Part shown: one piece after another, positions 18,477 to 28,176 of the stretch
Layout of the letters: the number at the start of each line of letters is the position of its first letter
Numbering within the stretch: the first letter of the stretch is position 1
DNA from: Brevundimonas sp.
Lineage (GTDB): Bacteria > Pseudomonadota > Alphaproteobacteria > Caulobacterales > Caulobacteraceae
Assembly: GCA_012270135.1 (NCBI GenBank)
Contig: JAAXIW010000239.1
Span: 1 to 61,744 of the forward strand
Direction: 5' to 3'
Length of the DNA stretch: 61,744 nucleotides
Program-made: the position numbers and the translations under genes
Notes under the pieces: generated by a model
The model's input: the letters and a program-made list of their open reading frames with translations, nothing else
Databases searched by the model: none
Told to the model about the DNA's origin: nothing

Positions 18477-19465
18477 GCGACTTCCGCTCGCCGCGCGGGT
18501 TCGAGGAAGCCTTGCGGCCGCCGGTCGATCCGCGCCGCGCGCGGATCACGCCCGCGGTGCTTCGGCCGTCTCGGAACAGAGGGCAGGAGTCGGCCGCCCG
18601 CTTCATCCGGGTCCTGCGCCGGGCGCCGGAGGTGATGGTCAAGGTGACCGGCCGTACCCGGGACGGCGGCCACCTGAAGGCGCACCTCGACTACATCAGC
18701 CGCAATGGCGCCCTGACTCTGGAAGGGCCGGACGGGGAGCGGCTGGACGGGCGCGCTGAGGTGCATGCGCTCGCCCGCGACTGGGCCGAGGAGTTCGCGA
18801 TGGAACCGGGACGCAGGCGTGACGCCTCGGTCTCCCTGTCGATCGTGCTCAGCATGCCGGCGGGGACGGATGCGGTGCGTCTGCACGACGCCGCCCGGGC
18901 CTTCGCGGCCGAGACCTTCAGCGAGCGCTTCCCCTATGTCTTCGCCCTGCACGACGAGGGACGGCACCCGCACGTGCATCTGACGGTGCGCCGGCTGGGA
19001 CGCGAGGGCGAGCGGCTGAATCCGCGCAAGGCCGACCTGCAGATCTGGCGCGAGGGCTTCGCCCGGGCGCTGCGCGACCGGTCCATCGAGGCGGAGGCCA
19101 CCCCGCGGCGGACGCGCGGCGTGACCCGAAAGGCGGAGCGGACGCCGATCCGCAAGATGCGGGAGCGGTTCGTGGCGGGGAAGGGCGATCTGCCCGAGAC
19201 GCTCGCCGCCGCCTACCGCGACGCGCTCCGGGGCGACGGCGGGGAGGGACCGTGGCTGGAGGCAATTCAGGCGCGTGAACTGGCGATGCGGCGCGCTCTG
19301 GTCGCGGAAGCGGTTCGACTGGGTCGGTCCGATCGGCTGGCGGATCGCACCCTGGCCCTGGTGGTGGAGCGGTTCGTGCGGGACCGGCCCGGGCCGAAGA
19401 CGCGCGACCAGGCCTTGAGGGACGCAGGCGTCGATCGCTCGACCGGGCGAGAGCGAAGCCGATGA
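18473..19465 (+). CDS. VirD2-like MOBP relaxase
   Basis: PEVMVKVTG, HLDYISRNG (catalytic Tyr), IVLSMPAGT, HDEGRHPHVHL (HUH); GTG overlaps the mobC stop. Confidence 0.92.
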   Translation: MSDFRSPRGFEEALRPPVDPRRARITPAVLRPSRNRGQESAARFIRVLRRAPEVMVKVTGRTRDGGHLKAHLDYISRNGALTLEGPDGERLDGRAEVHALARDWAEEFAMEPGRRRDASVSLSIVLSMPAGTDAVRLHDAARAFAAETFSERFPYVFALHDEGRHPHVHLTVRRLGREGERLNPRKADLQIWREGFARALRDRSIEAEATPRRTRGVTRKAERTPIRKMRERFVAGKGDLPETLAAAYRDALRGDGGEGPWLEAIQARELAMRRALVAEAVRLGRSDRLADRTLALVVERFVRDRPGPKTRDQALRDAGVDRSTGRERSR

Positions 19466-19496
19466 AGCGGCGCGACTCCACGGGCCCGGTTGCGGA

Positions 19497-19526
19497 GTGT
19501 CAGAAACAGAACTATATTTCTGACAC
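19497..19526. promoter_or_regulatory. Inverted-repeat operator of the AbiE operon
   Basis: GTGTCAGAAA-N10-TTTCTGACAC directly before the antitoxin RBS; AbiEi proteins autoregulate through promoter inverted repeats. Confidence 0.7.
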
Positions 19527-19536
19527 GGAGACGATC

Positions 19537-20130
19537 ATGCAAGTCCTTGCTGAACAGATCATGGAGCGCGTCCGGGCCCTGCCGGAGGGCGCGCCGGTCG
19601 CCGCCAAGGGGCTGCTCCATCTGGGCAGCCGCGCGGCGGTGGATCAGGCCCTGTCGCGCCTCGTGCGACGGGGGCGGCTCGTGCGCGCCGGGCGCGGCGT
19701 CTACATGCGTCCGCTGGAAAGCCGCTTCGGATCGCGGACGCCTTCGGTGGAAACGGTCGTGCGCGCGGTGAGCGAGCAGCGCGGCGAGGTCGTCGCCTCC
19801 AACGGGGCGGCGGCGGCCAACGCTCTGGGCCTGACCACCCAGGTGCCGATCCGCATGGTCTATCTGACCAACGGCAAGAGCCGGCTCCTCAACGTTGGCA
19901 AGCAGACGGTGGAGTTCAAACATGCGCCGGCATGGCAGCTGCTCCTGGCCGATCGTCCGGCCGGCGAAGCAGTTCGCGCCCTGGCCTGGCTGGGGCCGGA
20001 GAAGGCCGCGACGGCGCTGGAGGCCCTGAAACGAAAGCTGGGACCCGCCGCCTTCGGCGAACTGGTGTCCGTCGGACCGCGTCTGCCCACCTGGCTGGCG
20101 CGGTCGGTCAGCCAGGCGGCCCATGTCTGA
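19537..20130 (+). CDS. abiEi: AbiEi-like antitoxin / regulator (DUF6088)
   Basis: LGSRAAVDQALSRL...GRGVY wHTH; AANALGLTTQVP. Confidence 0.85.
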   Translation: MQVLAEQIMERVRALPEGAPVAAKGLLHLGSRAAVDQALSRLVRRGRLVRAGRGVYMRPLESRFGSRTPSVETVVRAVSEQRGEVVASNGAAAANALGLTTQVPIRMVYLTNGKSRLLNVGKQTVEFKHAPAWQLLLADRPAGEAVRALAWLGPEKAATALEALKRKLGPAAFGELVSVGPRLPTWLARSVSQAAHV

Positions 20131-21139
20131 AATCTTCCTGCAGCTTTCGGCCGAGGACCGCGCTGAAGCCCTCGCGGCGGCGGCGTCGGACTCCGGCCGG
20201 CCCGCCCATCTGCTCGAGAAGGACGTCTGGGTCGTCTGGGCCCTGAACGCGCTGTTCGAGTCGCCCTTGGGCGAAGGCCTGGTCTTCAAGGGCGGGACAT
20301 CCCTGTCCAAGGCCTACGACGTCATCCAGCGGTTCTCGGAAGACATCGATCTGACCTGGGACATCCGTCGCCTGCTTCCCGATCTGGCCGATGCGCCTGA
20401 AGACCCCGTGCCGCAGACTCGCGCCGAGGAGCGGCGCTGGTCCCGGGACGTTCAGCGGCTGTTGCCGCTCTGGGTAGAGGGCGAGGTGCGGCCGCTTCTG
20501 GAGGCCCGGATCGCCGCAGACGGCGTCGGCGCCACGGTGCGGATCGAAGGCGCCAAGGCCTTCGTCGACTATGCGCCGACCAGCACTGGCACCGGCTATG
20601 TCTCGCCCAGCGTGATGCTCGAGTTCGGCGCGCGGGCGACCGGCGAGCCGAGCGCGCCGCGACCCGTGGTCTGCGATGCGGCGGCCCATCTGCAAGGCGT
20701 CGTCTTCCCGACCGCCACGCCGCGGGTGATGGCGGCCGAGCGGACGTTCTGGGAGAAGGCCACCGCCGCCCACGTCTATTGCGCGCAGGGACGACTCCGG
20801 GGCGATCGCTTCTCTCGCCACTGGCACGATCTGTCCCGACTGGACGCGGCCGGCTTCGCCGAGACCGCGATCGCGGATCGGGCGGTCGCCGAGGCGGTCG
20901 CGCGCCACAAGGCGATGTTCTTCCGCGAGACCGCCGACGGCGCGGAGATCGACTATGGACAGGCGGTCACGGGCGGGCTGCGTCTGAAGCCTGAAGGCGC
21001 CTCGCTGGAGGCCCTCGGGGATGACTACCGCCGGATGGTCGAGGACGGCCTGCTGGAGGCGGACGCCGAGCCATTCGAGAAGCTCATGGAGACGTGTGCG
21101 GCGCTCGCGGACCGCGCCAACGCCGCGGCGACGGGTTGA
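20123..21139 (+). CDS. abiEii: AbiEii/AbiGii nucleotidyltransferase toxin (type IV TA)
   Basis: LEKDVWV, FKGGTSLSK, RFSEDID, ERTFWEK, SRHWHD. Confidence 0.92.
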   Translation: MSEIFLQLSAEDRAEALAAAASDSGRPAHLLEKDVWVVWALNALFESPLGEGLVFKGGTSLSKAYDVIQRFSEDIDLTWDIRRLLPDLADAPEDPVPQTRAEERRWSRDVQRLLPLWVEGEVRPLLEARIAADGVGATVRIEGAKAFVDYAPTSTGTGYVSPSVMLEFGARATGEPSAPRPVVCDAAAHLQGVVFPTATPRVMAAERTFWEKATAAHVYCAQGRLRGDRFSRHWHDLSRLDAAGFAETAIADRAVAEAVARHKAMFFRETADGAEIDYGQAVTGGLRLKPEGASLEALGDDYRRMVEDGLLEADAEPFEKLMETCAALADRANAAATG

Positions 21140-21984
21140 CCCCGCGCTACGCCCCGATCGAGCAGGAAGCGATCCTGCTCAAGGCGGTCTGGGACATGAT
21201 CGACGACATGGTCAATCTGGAGATCTTCGAGTACCCGATGACCTCCCGCCCGACCAATTTGGTGTTCAAGTCGGGAACCCACAAACGGGTCTTCGCCATC
21301 CTGCTGGCGGATTTCCTGGCCCAGCCCCGGCCGTCTGCGCTGCCCTTCGCCTTCGCCCCGTCGACCGCAGGCGCGCGCGAAACTGATCGAACCTATCTGT
21401 TCTATCTGGACGCCATCGGCCGTCAGCCGACGCTGGGCGCCGACGCCTCCGGTCTGGCGGCTTCCGCCTCGGCCTTCGCGGACTGGCTGAACGCGGAGTG
21501 CGTCTGGCCCAAGGTCTGGCTTCCCGGACTCGACCTGTCGGTGGACCTGCGCGTCTCCCGCATCTGGCTGCTCAAGGTCGTCGGCGACGCCAACAAGCAC
21601 AACTTCTCCCGGCTCGATGCCCGGGTGAAGCAGATCAGGGCGATGCTCGCGCGGCACGGCCATGAGGTCGATGAGGGGATGGTCTATCGGTCGGTGCCGG
21701 ACTTCCAGCAGTGGTTCTACACCGACGTCTTCTCCTATCACGCCAGCACCATCGGCGAGTTCCTGGACCAGATCCGCCGGGCCCTGTTCGCCTACCTCTC
21801 GCCGGAGTTCGCCCGGGCCTGGCGACGTGGCGACCGGTTCGAGGGCGATTACAGCTTCGATATTCCGGCGGACATCCGCGATCCGCTGGCGCTGGGCATG
21901 TATTGGGACCTGATGAACCGGATGAGGGACGGCGTCGGATTCCCGGCCTTCACCGTGTCGCCGTATCTGAAGAACACTTTCTAG
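21136..21984 (+). CDS. Hypothetical protein coupled to abiEii
   Basis: TTG start overlaps the abiEii TGA; 282 aa of globular, aromatic-rich sequence; no family recognised. Confidence 0.7.
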   Translation: MTPRYAPIEQEAILLKAVWDMIDDMVNLEIFEYPMTSRPTNLVFKSGTHKRVFAILLADFLAQPRPSALPFAFAPSTAGARETDRTYLFYLDAIGRQPTLGADASGLAASASAFADWLNAECVWPKVWLPGLDLSVDLRVSRIWLLKVVGDANKHNFSRLDARVKQIRAMLARHGHEVDEGMVYRSVPDFQQWFYTDVFSYHASTIGEFLDQIRRALFAYLSPEFARAWRRGDRFEGDYSFDIPADIRDPLALGMYWDLMNRMRDGVGFPAFTVSPYLKNTF

Positions 21985-21993
21985 GCGCGACCG

Positions 21994-22578
21994 CTAGCGC
22001 CGCCGCTCGCGGTCGCGCGTCGTGTCCCGTTCCGTCGGACGCGCGCGGCCGGCGCGCGCCCAGGCGGCCTCCAGCAGCTTGGTCTGGATGGCGGGATCGG
22101 GGATGAGACGGGCCACCACCACGGCCGCGCGGGCGAGCCGCTCGGCGAGCGGATCCTGGAGGGCCTTCTGGGAGGAAGCCCGGTCGATTCCGGCCGCCTG
22201 GCGATCGCGGTCCCTGGGCCGATGGCCGTGGACCTCCAGACCCAGGCTCTGGGCCTGGATCCAGACCTCGCGCCGGAAGGCGGGGTCGCCAGAGACCTGT
22301 ATCCGCTCCCAGCCGCGGTGCCGCGCGATCTTGAGCATGTCGATGACGGCGTCGGGATAGGCCTGGGTCGAGGTGAGCGATCCACCCCGGTCGCGGAACA
22401 TCGGCGCGGGCGCACGATGATCCCGGAAGAACCGCTCCGCCCGGCCCCTGAGATCGCCCTCGACCAGATAGCGGTCCAGCACCGCGTCCGGCACGTCGCC
22501 CTTGGCGGTGGAGCGGGCGGGTGCGCCGGGCGCGGGCCGCAGGCGGTTGACCGCCGGAGCGGGCTCTGACGGGGTCAT
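21994..22578 (-). CDS. LPD7 domain-containing protein
   Basis: FRDRGGSL, MLKIARHRGWERIQVSGDPAFRREVW; last gene of the vir operon. Confidence 0.75.
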   Translation of the reverse strand: MTPSEPAPAVNRLRPAPGAPARSTAKGDVPDAVLDRYLVEGDLRGRAERFFRDHRAPAPMFRDRGGSLTSTQAYPDAVIDMLKIARHRGWERIQVSGDPAFRREVWIQAQSLGLEVHGHRPRDRDRQAAGIDRASSQKALQDPLAERLARAAVVVARLIPDPAIQTKLLEAAWARAGRARPTERDTTRDRERRR

Positions 22579-24395
22579 GGCTCGCGCTCCGGCGGGGTGG
22601 CGTCGACGACGCGGTCGAGCCAGGCCGCCACATCGGTTTCATCCGCGTCGGGCGGAGGCGGAGGAAGGCCTTCGGCGGCGAAGGCGCGGGCGATGACGTC
22701 GAAATCCATGGGATCCTCCTCGAGAGCGGGCGGGACGACCGGCGCTTCGACCGTCGGCCCGGGCGTGGGAGCGGGACGCAGACGGCGCTGGAAAATCCGG
22801 TCGCGCCAGTAGGCGATCTTGCGGCCGCGAACAGGCGGAAGACCGGCCTTCAGGACGATCAGGGCGGTCTGCGGAAGCTGCATGAGCTCCTGGGGCAGCA
22901 TCAGCGCCCGGCGCTGGTCGGACACGGTCGTACTGCGTCGGCCGCGCGCGAGGCCGGCCGGTCGGCTGCGGCTTCGCCCGTCCGTCGTATAATAGCCCAG
23001 CCGTTCGCTGAGCTCCCGGGCGATCCTCAGTTCCTTGGGCGCGAAGACGATCTCGATGCCGCAATTGGTCATCACGTCCTCTGCCAGATCGGGTCCGTAG
23101 AGCGCTCGGAGCTGGGAGGGACTCTGAAGCACGGCCAGCAGACGCAGTCCGTAGCCCGCCACCCAGGCGAAGGCGTGGGCCAGCACCGGCGCCGGGCCGA
23201 GGCGAGCGAATTCGTCGAGCAGGACGAGGGTCGGACGGTCGGCGGGGGCGGGAAGGCTGCGGCTGTTGAGATCGACCAGCTGCTGAAAAAGCAGCGCATA
23301 GAGCGGCTGGATCCTCAGCATGTTGTCCGGCGTGGCGCCCAGATAGAGGGAGAGATCGCCGCGGCGCAGGTCGCACAGGTCGAAATCCGAGACCGAGGTG
23401 GCGGCGTCGATCCGGGGGTTGAGCCACAGCCCCATGCGAGTGGTGATCGACTGACGCACGGAGGCGAAGGTGTTCTCGCTGGAGCTGGTGAAGTCCGTCA
23501 GGGCGGCGACGACGGGCCCCGGAAGAGGGCGTCCCTCCCGCGCGCGCGCCGCGACGATGCGGGGCAGCCGAGCACGGGCGTTGCCGGCGGTCAGCTGGCG
23601 GAAGATCTCGCCGAGGGTGAAGGGGCGATCGGGCGTGGCGGCGACATAGCCGCCCACGCCGATGAAGCCAGTGCGCGACGCCTCGGCCCAGAAGGGATCG
23701 GCCCTGTCATGGACTGGAAACAGCATCGCCGCCATGCGCTGAAGCTCGTCCAGCACCTGGATCGGATCGGCGCGGTCGATGTGGGCCAGGGGGTTGAACC
23801 GCGCGGTTCGGCCGTCCGACGCCAGGGGATCGAACAGATGGACCGTCTGGCCGGCCTCGGCGCGGTAGCCGGCGGTGGCGACATAGTTCTCGCGCTTGAT
23901 GTCCAGCACCACGACCGAGTCCGGCCAAGCAAGCAGGTTCGGGATGACCACGCCGACGCCCTTGCCGGTGCGCGTCGGGGCGTAGAGCATCACATGCTCG
24001 GGGCCGTCGGCGATCAGGAAGGCGCCGTCGGCCCGCCCCAGGACCACGCCGCGGCGCGACCTCAGACCGGCGTGGCGCTGTTCGGCCGCCGACGCCCATC
24101 GGGCGGCGCCGTGCAGCGGGCGTCTCTGGTGGAGCAGCACGGCGACGATCAGGATCCCGCCGACCAGACCCGCGCATGACAGGCCCACGGCCAGCCAGCG
24201 CCGCAACTCGGGATCGTGACGGTAGTACCAGAGCCAGCCGGGGACGCGCGTCGGGTCGATATCGCCGGAGAACCGACCCAGGCCGATGAGGGCGATGGTC
24301 ACGGTGAGAACGCCCAGGACTGCGGCGGCGGCGAGGCCCGCGGTGGCGATCAGCGCCCCCCTAGTCGCCGGGCTGGCGCTTGCGAAGCGGGTCAT
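22575..24395 (-). CDS. virD4: Type IV coupling protein VirD4/TraG
   Basis: LHGAARWA, APTRTGKGVG Walker A, LDIKRE, LLDEFARLG Walker B, RALMLPQEL. Confidence 0.95.
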   Translation of the reverse strand: MTRFASASPATRGALIATAGLAAAAVLGVLTVTIALIGLGRFSGDIDPTRVPGWLWYYRHDPELRRWLAVGLSCAGLVGGILIVAVLLHQRRPLHGAARWASAAEQRHAGLRSRRGVVLGRADGAFLIADGPEHVMLYAPTRTGKGVGVVIPNLLAWPDSVVVLDIKRENYVATAGYRAEAGQTVHLFDPLASDGRTARFNPLAHIDRADPIQVLDELQRMAAMLFPVHDRADPFWAEASRTGFIGVGGYVAATPDRPFTLGEIFRQLTAGNARARLPRIVAARAREGRPLPGPVVAALTDFTSSSENTFASVRQSITTRMGLWLNPRIDAATSVSDFDLCDLRRGDLSLYLGATPDNMLRIQPLYALLFQQLVDLNSRSLPAPADRPTLVLLDEFARLGPAPVLAHAFAWVAGYGLRLLAVLQSPSQLRALYGPDLAEDVMTNCGIEIVFAPKELRIARELSERLGYYTTDGRSRSRPAGLARGRRSTTVSDQRRALMLPQELMQLPQTALIVLKAGLPPVRGRKIAYWRDRIFQRRLRPAPTPGPTVEAPVVPPALEEDPMDFDVIARAFAAEGLPPPPPDADETDVAAWLDRVVDATPPEREP

Positions 24396-25371
24396 GCCAG
24401 ATCTCCGTCACACGGAACCGGCCGTCGACCTTCTTCATCTGGACGACGACATCGACGAGCAGGTGCAACAGGGCGCGGATGTCCTCGCGCGGCAGATCGC
24501 GCCCGCCTTCGGATTCCCGCACCAGCAAGGTCAGTTGCTCGAAGGCGAGGGCGGCCGAATCCGCGTGCACGGTGGTGATCGAACCGGGATGCCCCGAGTT
24601 GACGTTGCGCAGGTAGAAGAAGGCCGTGCCGTCGCGAAGCTCCTGCAGCAGGATGCGGTCCGGCCGCATGCGCAGGGCGCTTTCCAGAAGCTGTTTGGGG
24701 CCGATCCGGGCCAGACCCTGGCCGTCCTTGGAATAGACCAGATGGACGACGTTGCGGTGGGGCGTCACGAACTCGCGGGTGTCCTCGATCGTCAGCAGAC
24801 GCTCGTGATCGGGGATGAGGGCGATCAGACCCTTGGCCAGGGTGGTCTTGCCCGAGCCGGTGGCGCCCGAGATCAGGATGTTGCGGCGGGCGGTGACCGC
24901 CAGGGTGAGGAAGCCCGGCCAGTCGCCGGTCTGGCGCAGGCGCATCAGCTCCGCGTCGACGGGATCGGCGGTCTCGGCGCGGGCGTTGGCGACCTGGTCG
25001 AACAGGCCGGCGGCCGCGAACTCGGCCAGGCCGAGGCGTCGCCGCGACGGCTTTCTCAGGGTCAGGGACAGGCCGCCGTCGGCGACCGCCGGCGGCAGCA
25101 CGATCTGGCAACGGATGTCGCCGGGCAGGGTGGTCGAGCAGATCGGCTGTTCGGGGCTGACGTCCTGTCGGGTGTAGGCGGCGGCCGCGACCGCGAGGGT
25201 GCGCAGCCAGGCCTCGGTCAAGTCCGGCGCCTCGGCCCAGCGCCAGACGCCGTCGGCCTCGACCCCGACCTCGCCGGGGCGGTTGACGACGACCTCCGTC
25301 ACCGTCTCCGGTTCCAGAAAGGGGCGCAGCGGCGCGAGGTAGTGATCGAGGACGGAGGTGTCGTCCATCAC
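24361..25371 (-). CDS. virB11: VirB11 ATPase
   Basis: GATGSGKTT, TIEDTRE, LRMRPDRI, SGHPGSITTVHA. Confidence 0.95.
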   Translation of the reverse strand: MMDDTSVLDHYLAPLRPFLEPETVTEVVVNRPGEVGVEADGVWRWAEAPDLTEAWLRTLAVAAAAYTRQDVSPEQPICSTTLPGDIRCQIVLPPAVADGGLSLTLRKPSRRRLGLAEFAAAGLFDQVANARAETADPVDAELMRLRQTGDWPGFLTLAVTARRNILISGATGSGKTTLAKGLIALIPDHERLLTIEDTREFVTPHRNVVHLVYSKDGQGLARIGPKQLLESALRMRPDRILLQELRDGTAFFYLRNVNSGHPGSITTVHADSAALAFEQLTLLVRESEGGRDLPREDIRALLHLLVDVVVQMKKVDGRFRVTEIWHDPLRKRQPGD

Positions 25372-26483
25372 CGCGACCGCAGCTGATAGACGCCGGAGAA
25401 ATCCAGATCCTGGGCGACGAAGATCGACACCTCCGCGCCCTGGCCCTTGCGCAGCGTCGGCGGGATATCGACCGAGCCCTGGAGGGCGACCCCGGCCGCG
25501 TCGGACGGGAGGCGGGCGGTCGCGCCGCCGTCGTCGCGGCCCACGGCGGCGTAGACGCCGTCATCGACGATCGACAGCAGCAGGGCGCCCCCGAACCGGT
25601 CCCAGAAGCGGGTGTCGATCACGCCGTCGAAGCCGGATCGGCCGAGCGCGTCGGCGGCCGGCGAGGCGAGGGCGACGGCGACCCCGGTCGGCGTCACCGC
25701 GCGGGTCCAGAGGACGAATAGACGGCGACGGCCTTGCTGGAGGCCGCCGCGATACTCGCCGAGAACCCGGGTGCCCCGCTCCATGAGCACCACGGCGCCG
25801 TTGTCGGACCAGGCGTCGCGGGACAGGACGCAGGTCACATAGCCCGGGGTAGTGCTGTCCATGGCGGTCTGCAGCACGCAGGGGACGCTGGTCCCGGCGG
25901 TGATCAGCAGGTTGCGGTCGGGCAGGCGCCCCGCGCGGGCCTGACCGACCGGGGTGACCTGCCTGAGTTGGTCCAGGGAGGTCTGCGGTCCCGCAGGCGC
26001 GCCGGGCCCCGGGGCCTGCGGAGGAATGGCCGAGGCGCCGCCCGCCCGGCTGTAGGCCAGCACCGGCGCCCGCCGCGCGCTTTCGGCCAGAGCGCGTCGT
26101 TCCTCCGCAGGCGACGGACCGGAACGAGGCGCGCCTTGAGGTCCGGCCTCGATCGGCGGAACAGAGGGCCCGTCGTCGAGCACGGGGGCCTCGGGATCGA
26201 CGACTGGCTCGCTGAGCAGGGGCGCCGGGCCGCGTCGCGCGGGCTCGAACGGCGCGGTCTGCCGCGGCGGGTCATCACGCGTCGTCGGGCCTTCGGCGTC
26301 GCGGTCGCCGCGATCCCAGCTCGCGACCAGGAAGACGCCGCAGCCGGCGGCGAGCGCGGCGAGGGTGATCATCTTGCCGCGCGGTCCGCCAAACCGTCCG
26401 GCGATCGGGGAGACGCCGCGGTCCGCCGCCGTCGAGGCCGGGGACGGACTCTCGTCCGGAGGCGGCGCCGCGACCCCGGTCAT
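25368..26483 (-). CDS. virB10: VirB10/TrbI core complex protein
   Basis: GTSVPCVLQTA, RLFVLWTR, DALGRSG, FWDRFGGALLLS, IFVAQDLDF. Confidence 0.93.
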   Translation of the reverse strand: MTGVAAPPPDESPSPASTAADRGVSPIAGRFGGPRGKMITLAALAAGCGVFLVASWDRGDRDAEGPTTRDDPPRQTAPFEPARRGPAPLLSEPVVDPEAPVLDDGPSVPPIEAGPQGAPRSGPSPAEERRALAESARRAPVLAYSRAGGASAIPPQAPGPGAPAGPQTSLDQLRQVTPVGQARAGRLPDRNLLITAGTSVPCVLQTAMDSTTPGYVTCVLSRDAWSDNGAVVLMERGTRVLGEYRGGLQQGRRRLFVLWTRAVTPTGVAVALASPAADALGRSGFDGVIDTRFWDRFGGALLLSIVDDGVYAAVGRDDGGATARLPSDAAGVALQGSVDIPPTLRKGQGAEVSIFVAQDLDFSGVYQLRSR

Positions 26484-27307
26484 GACGGATCTCCGACGGG
26501 AGCCCGATCGACGACAGGCGAGGCCGTGCCCGTGCCCAAGCCCCTGCCGCGCGGATCGAAGGCGTCGTTGAACAGGCAGAGGACCGATGACCCGCGTCTC
26601 AGCCGCAGGCCGCGCGCGACTCCGTGGACGACCACGAACTCACCGCGTACGTCGTAGGGGATGAGCCGCTCCGAGCCGTCCTCGGCGACCTCGAACAGGG
26701 CCGGCAAGGCCTGAACCCCCGGAAAGCGCAGGACGGTGAAGCGGCCGTTGTCGCTGACCTCGCTCGGCTGCAGGGCCGCATCGCCCTGGGCGGACCAGGC
26801 CAGATTGCGCGGCCCTTCGAGAACGCCGCGGTCCAGCTCCAGGCCGATCAGGCGCTGTTCGACGGCCGCGGCCTGAACGGCCAGGGCGCGGGCGGCCTGG
26901 GCCTGATCGTCGGCCGGATAGCGGAAGCGCACCTGATAGGCGAGGGCGGCGCGGTCGCCAGGGTCGCGCGCGACCAGTTCGAAGGCGTAGTGGCGGATGA
27001 CGCCGGCCCGCTCGGTGACCACCAGCAGATTGGTCGCCTGATGGCGCTCGCGCGGCTTCAGGAACAGCACCGACCCTTCGGCGGCCACCTCCCAGGCGAC
27101 GCTGTCGCCGATCGCGGCGTGGCGGATGATCTCCTCGGGCGAGAAGACGATCTGGGTCGCCGTCCGGAAGGCGCCGGCGATGCGGTAGACCGCCGCCGGA
27201 TCGTAGACGATCTCCCGGATCCGGGGATCGGGGGGTGTTTGCGCCATCGCCGGAGCGGCGAGGACGATTCCGGCGATCAGCGCCAGGGCGGACAGGGGGC
27301 GTGTCAT
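26480..27307 (-). CDS. virB9: VirB9/TrbG
   Basis: Signal peptide, DPRIREIVYDP, GDSVAW, LFLKP, TNLLVVT, SDNGRFT. Confidence 0.92.
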   Translation of the reverse strand: MTRPLSALALIAGIVLAAPAMAQTPPDPRIREIVYDPAAVYRIAGAFRTATQIVFSPEEIIRHAAIGDSVAWEVAAEGSVLFLKPRERHQATNLLVVTERAGVIRHYAFELVARDPGDRAALAYQVRFRYPADDQAQAARALAVQAAAVEQRLIGLELDRGVLEGPRNLAWSAQGDAALQPSEVSDNGRFTVLRFPGVQALPALFEVAEDGSERLIPYDVRGEFVVVHGVARGLRLRRGSSVLCLFNDAFDPRGRGLGTGTASPVVDRAPVGDPS

Positions 27308-27987
27308 CGGATGACCTCCGGATCGGCGCGGTAGGAGGTCACCTGGAAGCCAAGAGGGTTCCTCAGCCGGTCCGGCTCCGACATCGGCGCGCGCGTGTAG
27401 GTGAAGGCGATGGTGGCGATCCAGTCGCTCTCGACGGTCTGTTGGGCCTGGCGGACCGTGCGTCGGAAGCGGACATTGGCGACGCCGGCGTTGATGAAGC
27501 CGATGGCGCGGATCGCCACGATGGCCTCGCCGTCCGGACCGTACAGATTCTGCGGGCTGGCCGGGTTGGAGCCCCGGAACAGATCGGCCCAACGGCGTTG
27601 CTCGCCGGGCGCGGACAGGATGGACACCAGCCGGAAGGCGTCCTCCGCCGCCGGGTCGAGATAGCCCTCCCGCTGGCGGACATATTGTCCGAGAAAGTAT
27701 TTGCTGACCGCTTCCTCGTAACGGACGGGCCCGCCCTCGGCGGAAAGGCCGCGCATGACATCGACCGCGCCGGTGGCCTGGTCGACCCGGATCACGAAGG
27801 GTTCGGTCGACTTGAGCGGCGTCAGCAGGGCGACGGCTCCGGTCGAGATCACGGCCAGACCCGTGGCGAGCGCCGCGGCGGACCAGGCCAGGCGGCGTGA
27901 TCGGAGCGCCGAGGCCAGGCGGTCCTGGTCCCAGCGCCGCGCCTCGACGAAATAGCGCTTCAGCTCGGAGGAGGGGACGCCGCTCAT
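27304..27987 (-). CDS. virB8: VirB8
   Basis: TPLKSTEPFVIRVD, YVRQREGY, RLRNPLGFQVTSY. Confidence 0.93.
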   Translation of the reverse strand: MSGVPSSELKRYFVEARRWDQDRLASALRSRRLAWSAAALATGLAVISTGAVALLTPLKSTEPFVIRVDQATGAVDVMRGLSAEGGPVRYEEAVSKYFLGQYVRQREGYLDPAAEDAFRLVSILSAPGEQRRWADLFRGSNPASPQNLYGPDGEAIVAIRAIGFINAGVANVRFRRTVRQAQQTVESDWIATIAFTYTRAPMSEPDRLRNPLGFQVTSYRADPEVIR

Positions 27988-28175
27988 GCGCAGCCTCCCG
28001 TGTCCGGTGAGGCGACGGATTCGGCGGGAGGCTCGGACGCGGGCGTCAGCACCGATCCGTAGGGGTTGGCCGGTCGCCGGGCGGAGCCGTCGCAGGTCGG
28101 CAGCGCGGGATCGCCGCGGTGGGCGCAGGCTCCCAGCACCAACAGGCTAGCGAGCAGAAGTGAGCGGTAGGTCAT
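27984..28175 (-). CDS. virB7: VirB7-like lipoprotein
   Basis: LGAC lipobox, CDGSARRPAN; between virB6 and virB8. Confidence 0.7.
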   Translation of the reverse strand: MTYRSLLLASLLVLGACAHRGDPALPTCDGSARRPANPYGSVLTPASEPPAESVASPDTGGCA

Positions 28176-28176
28176 G

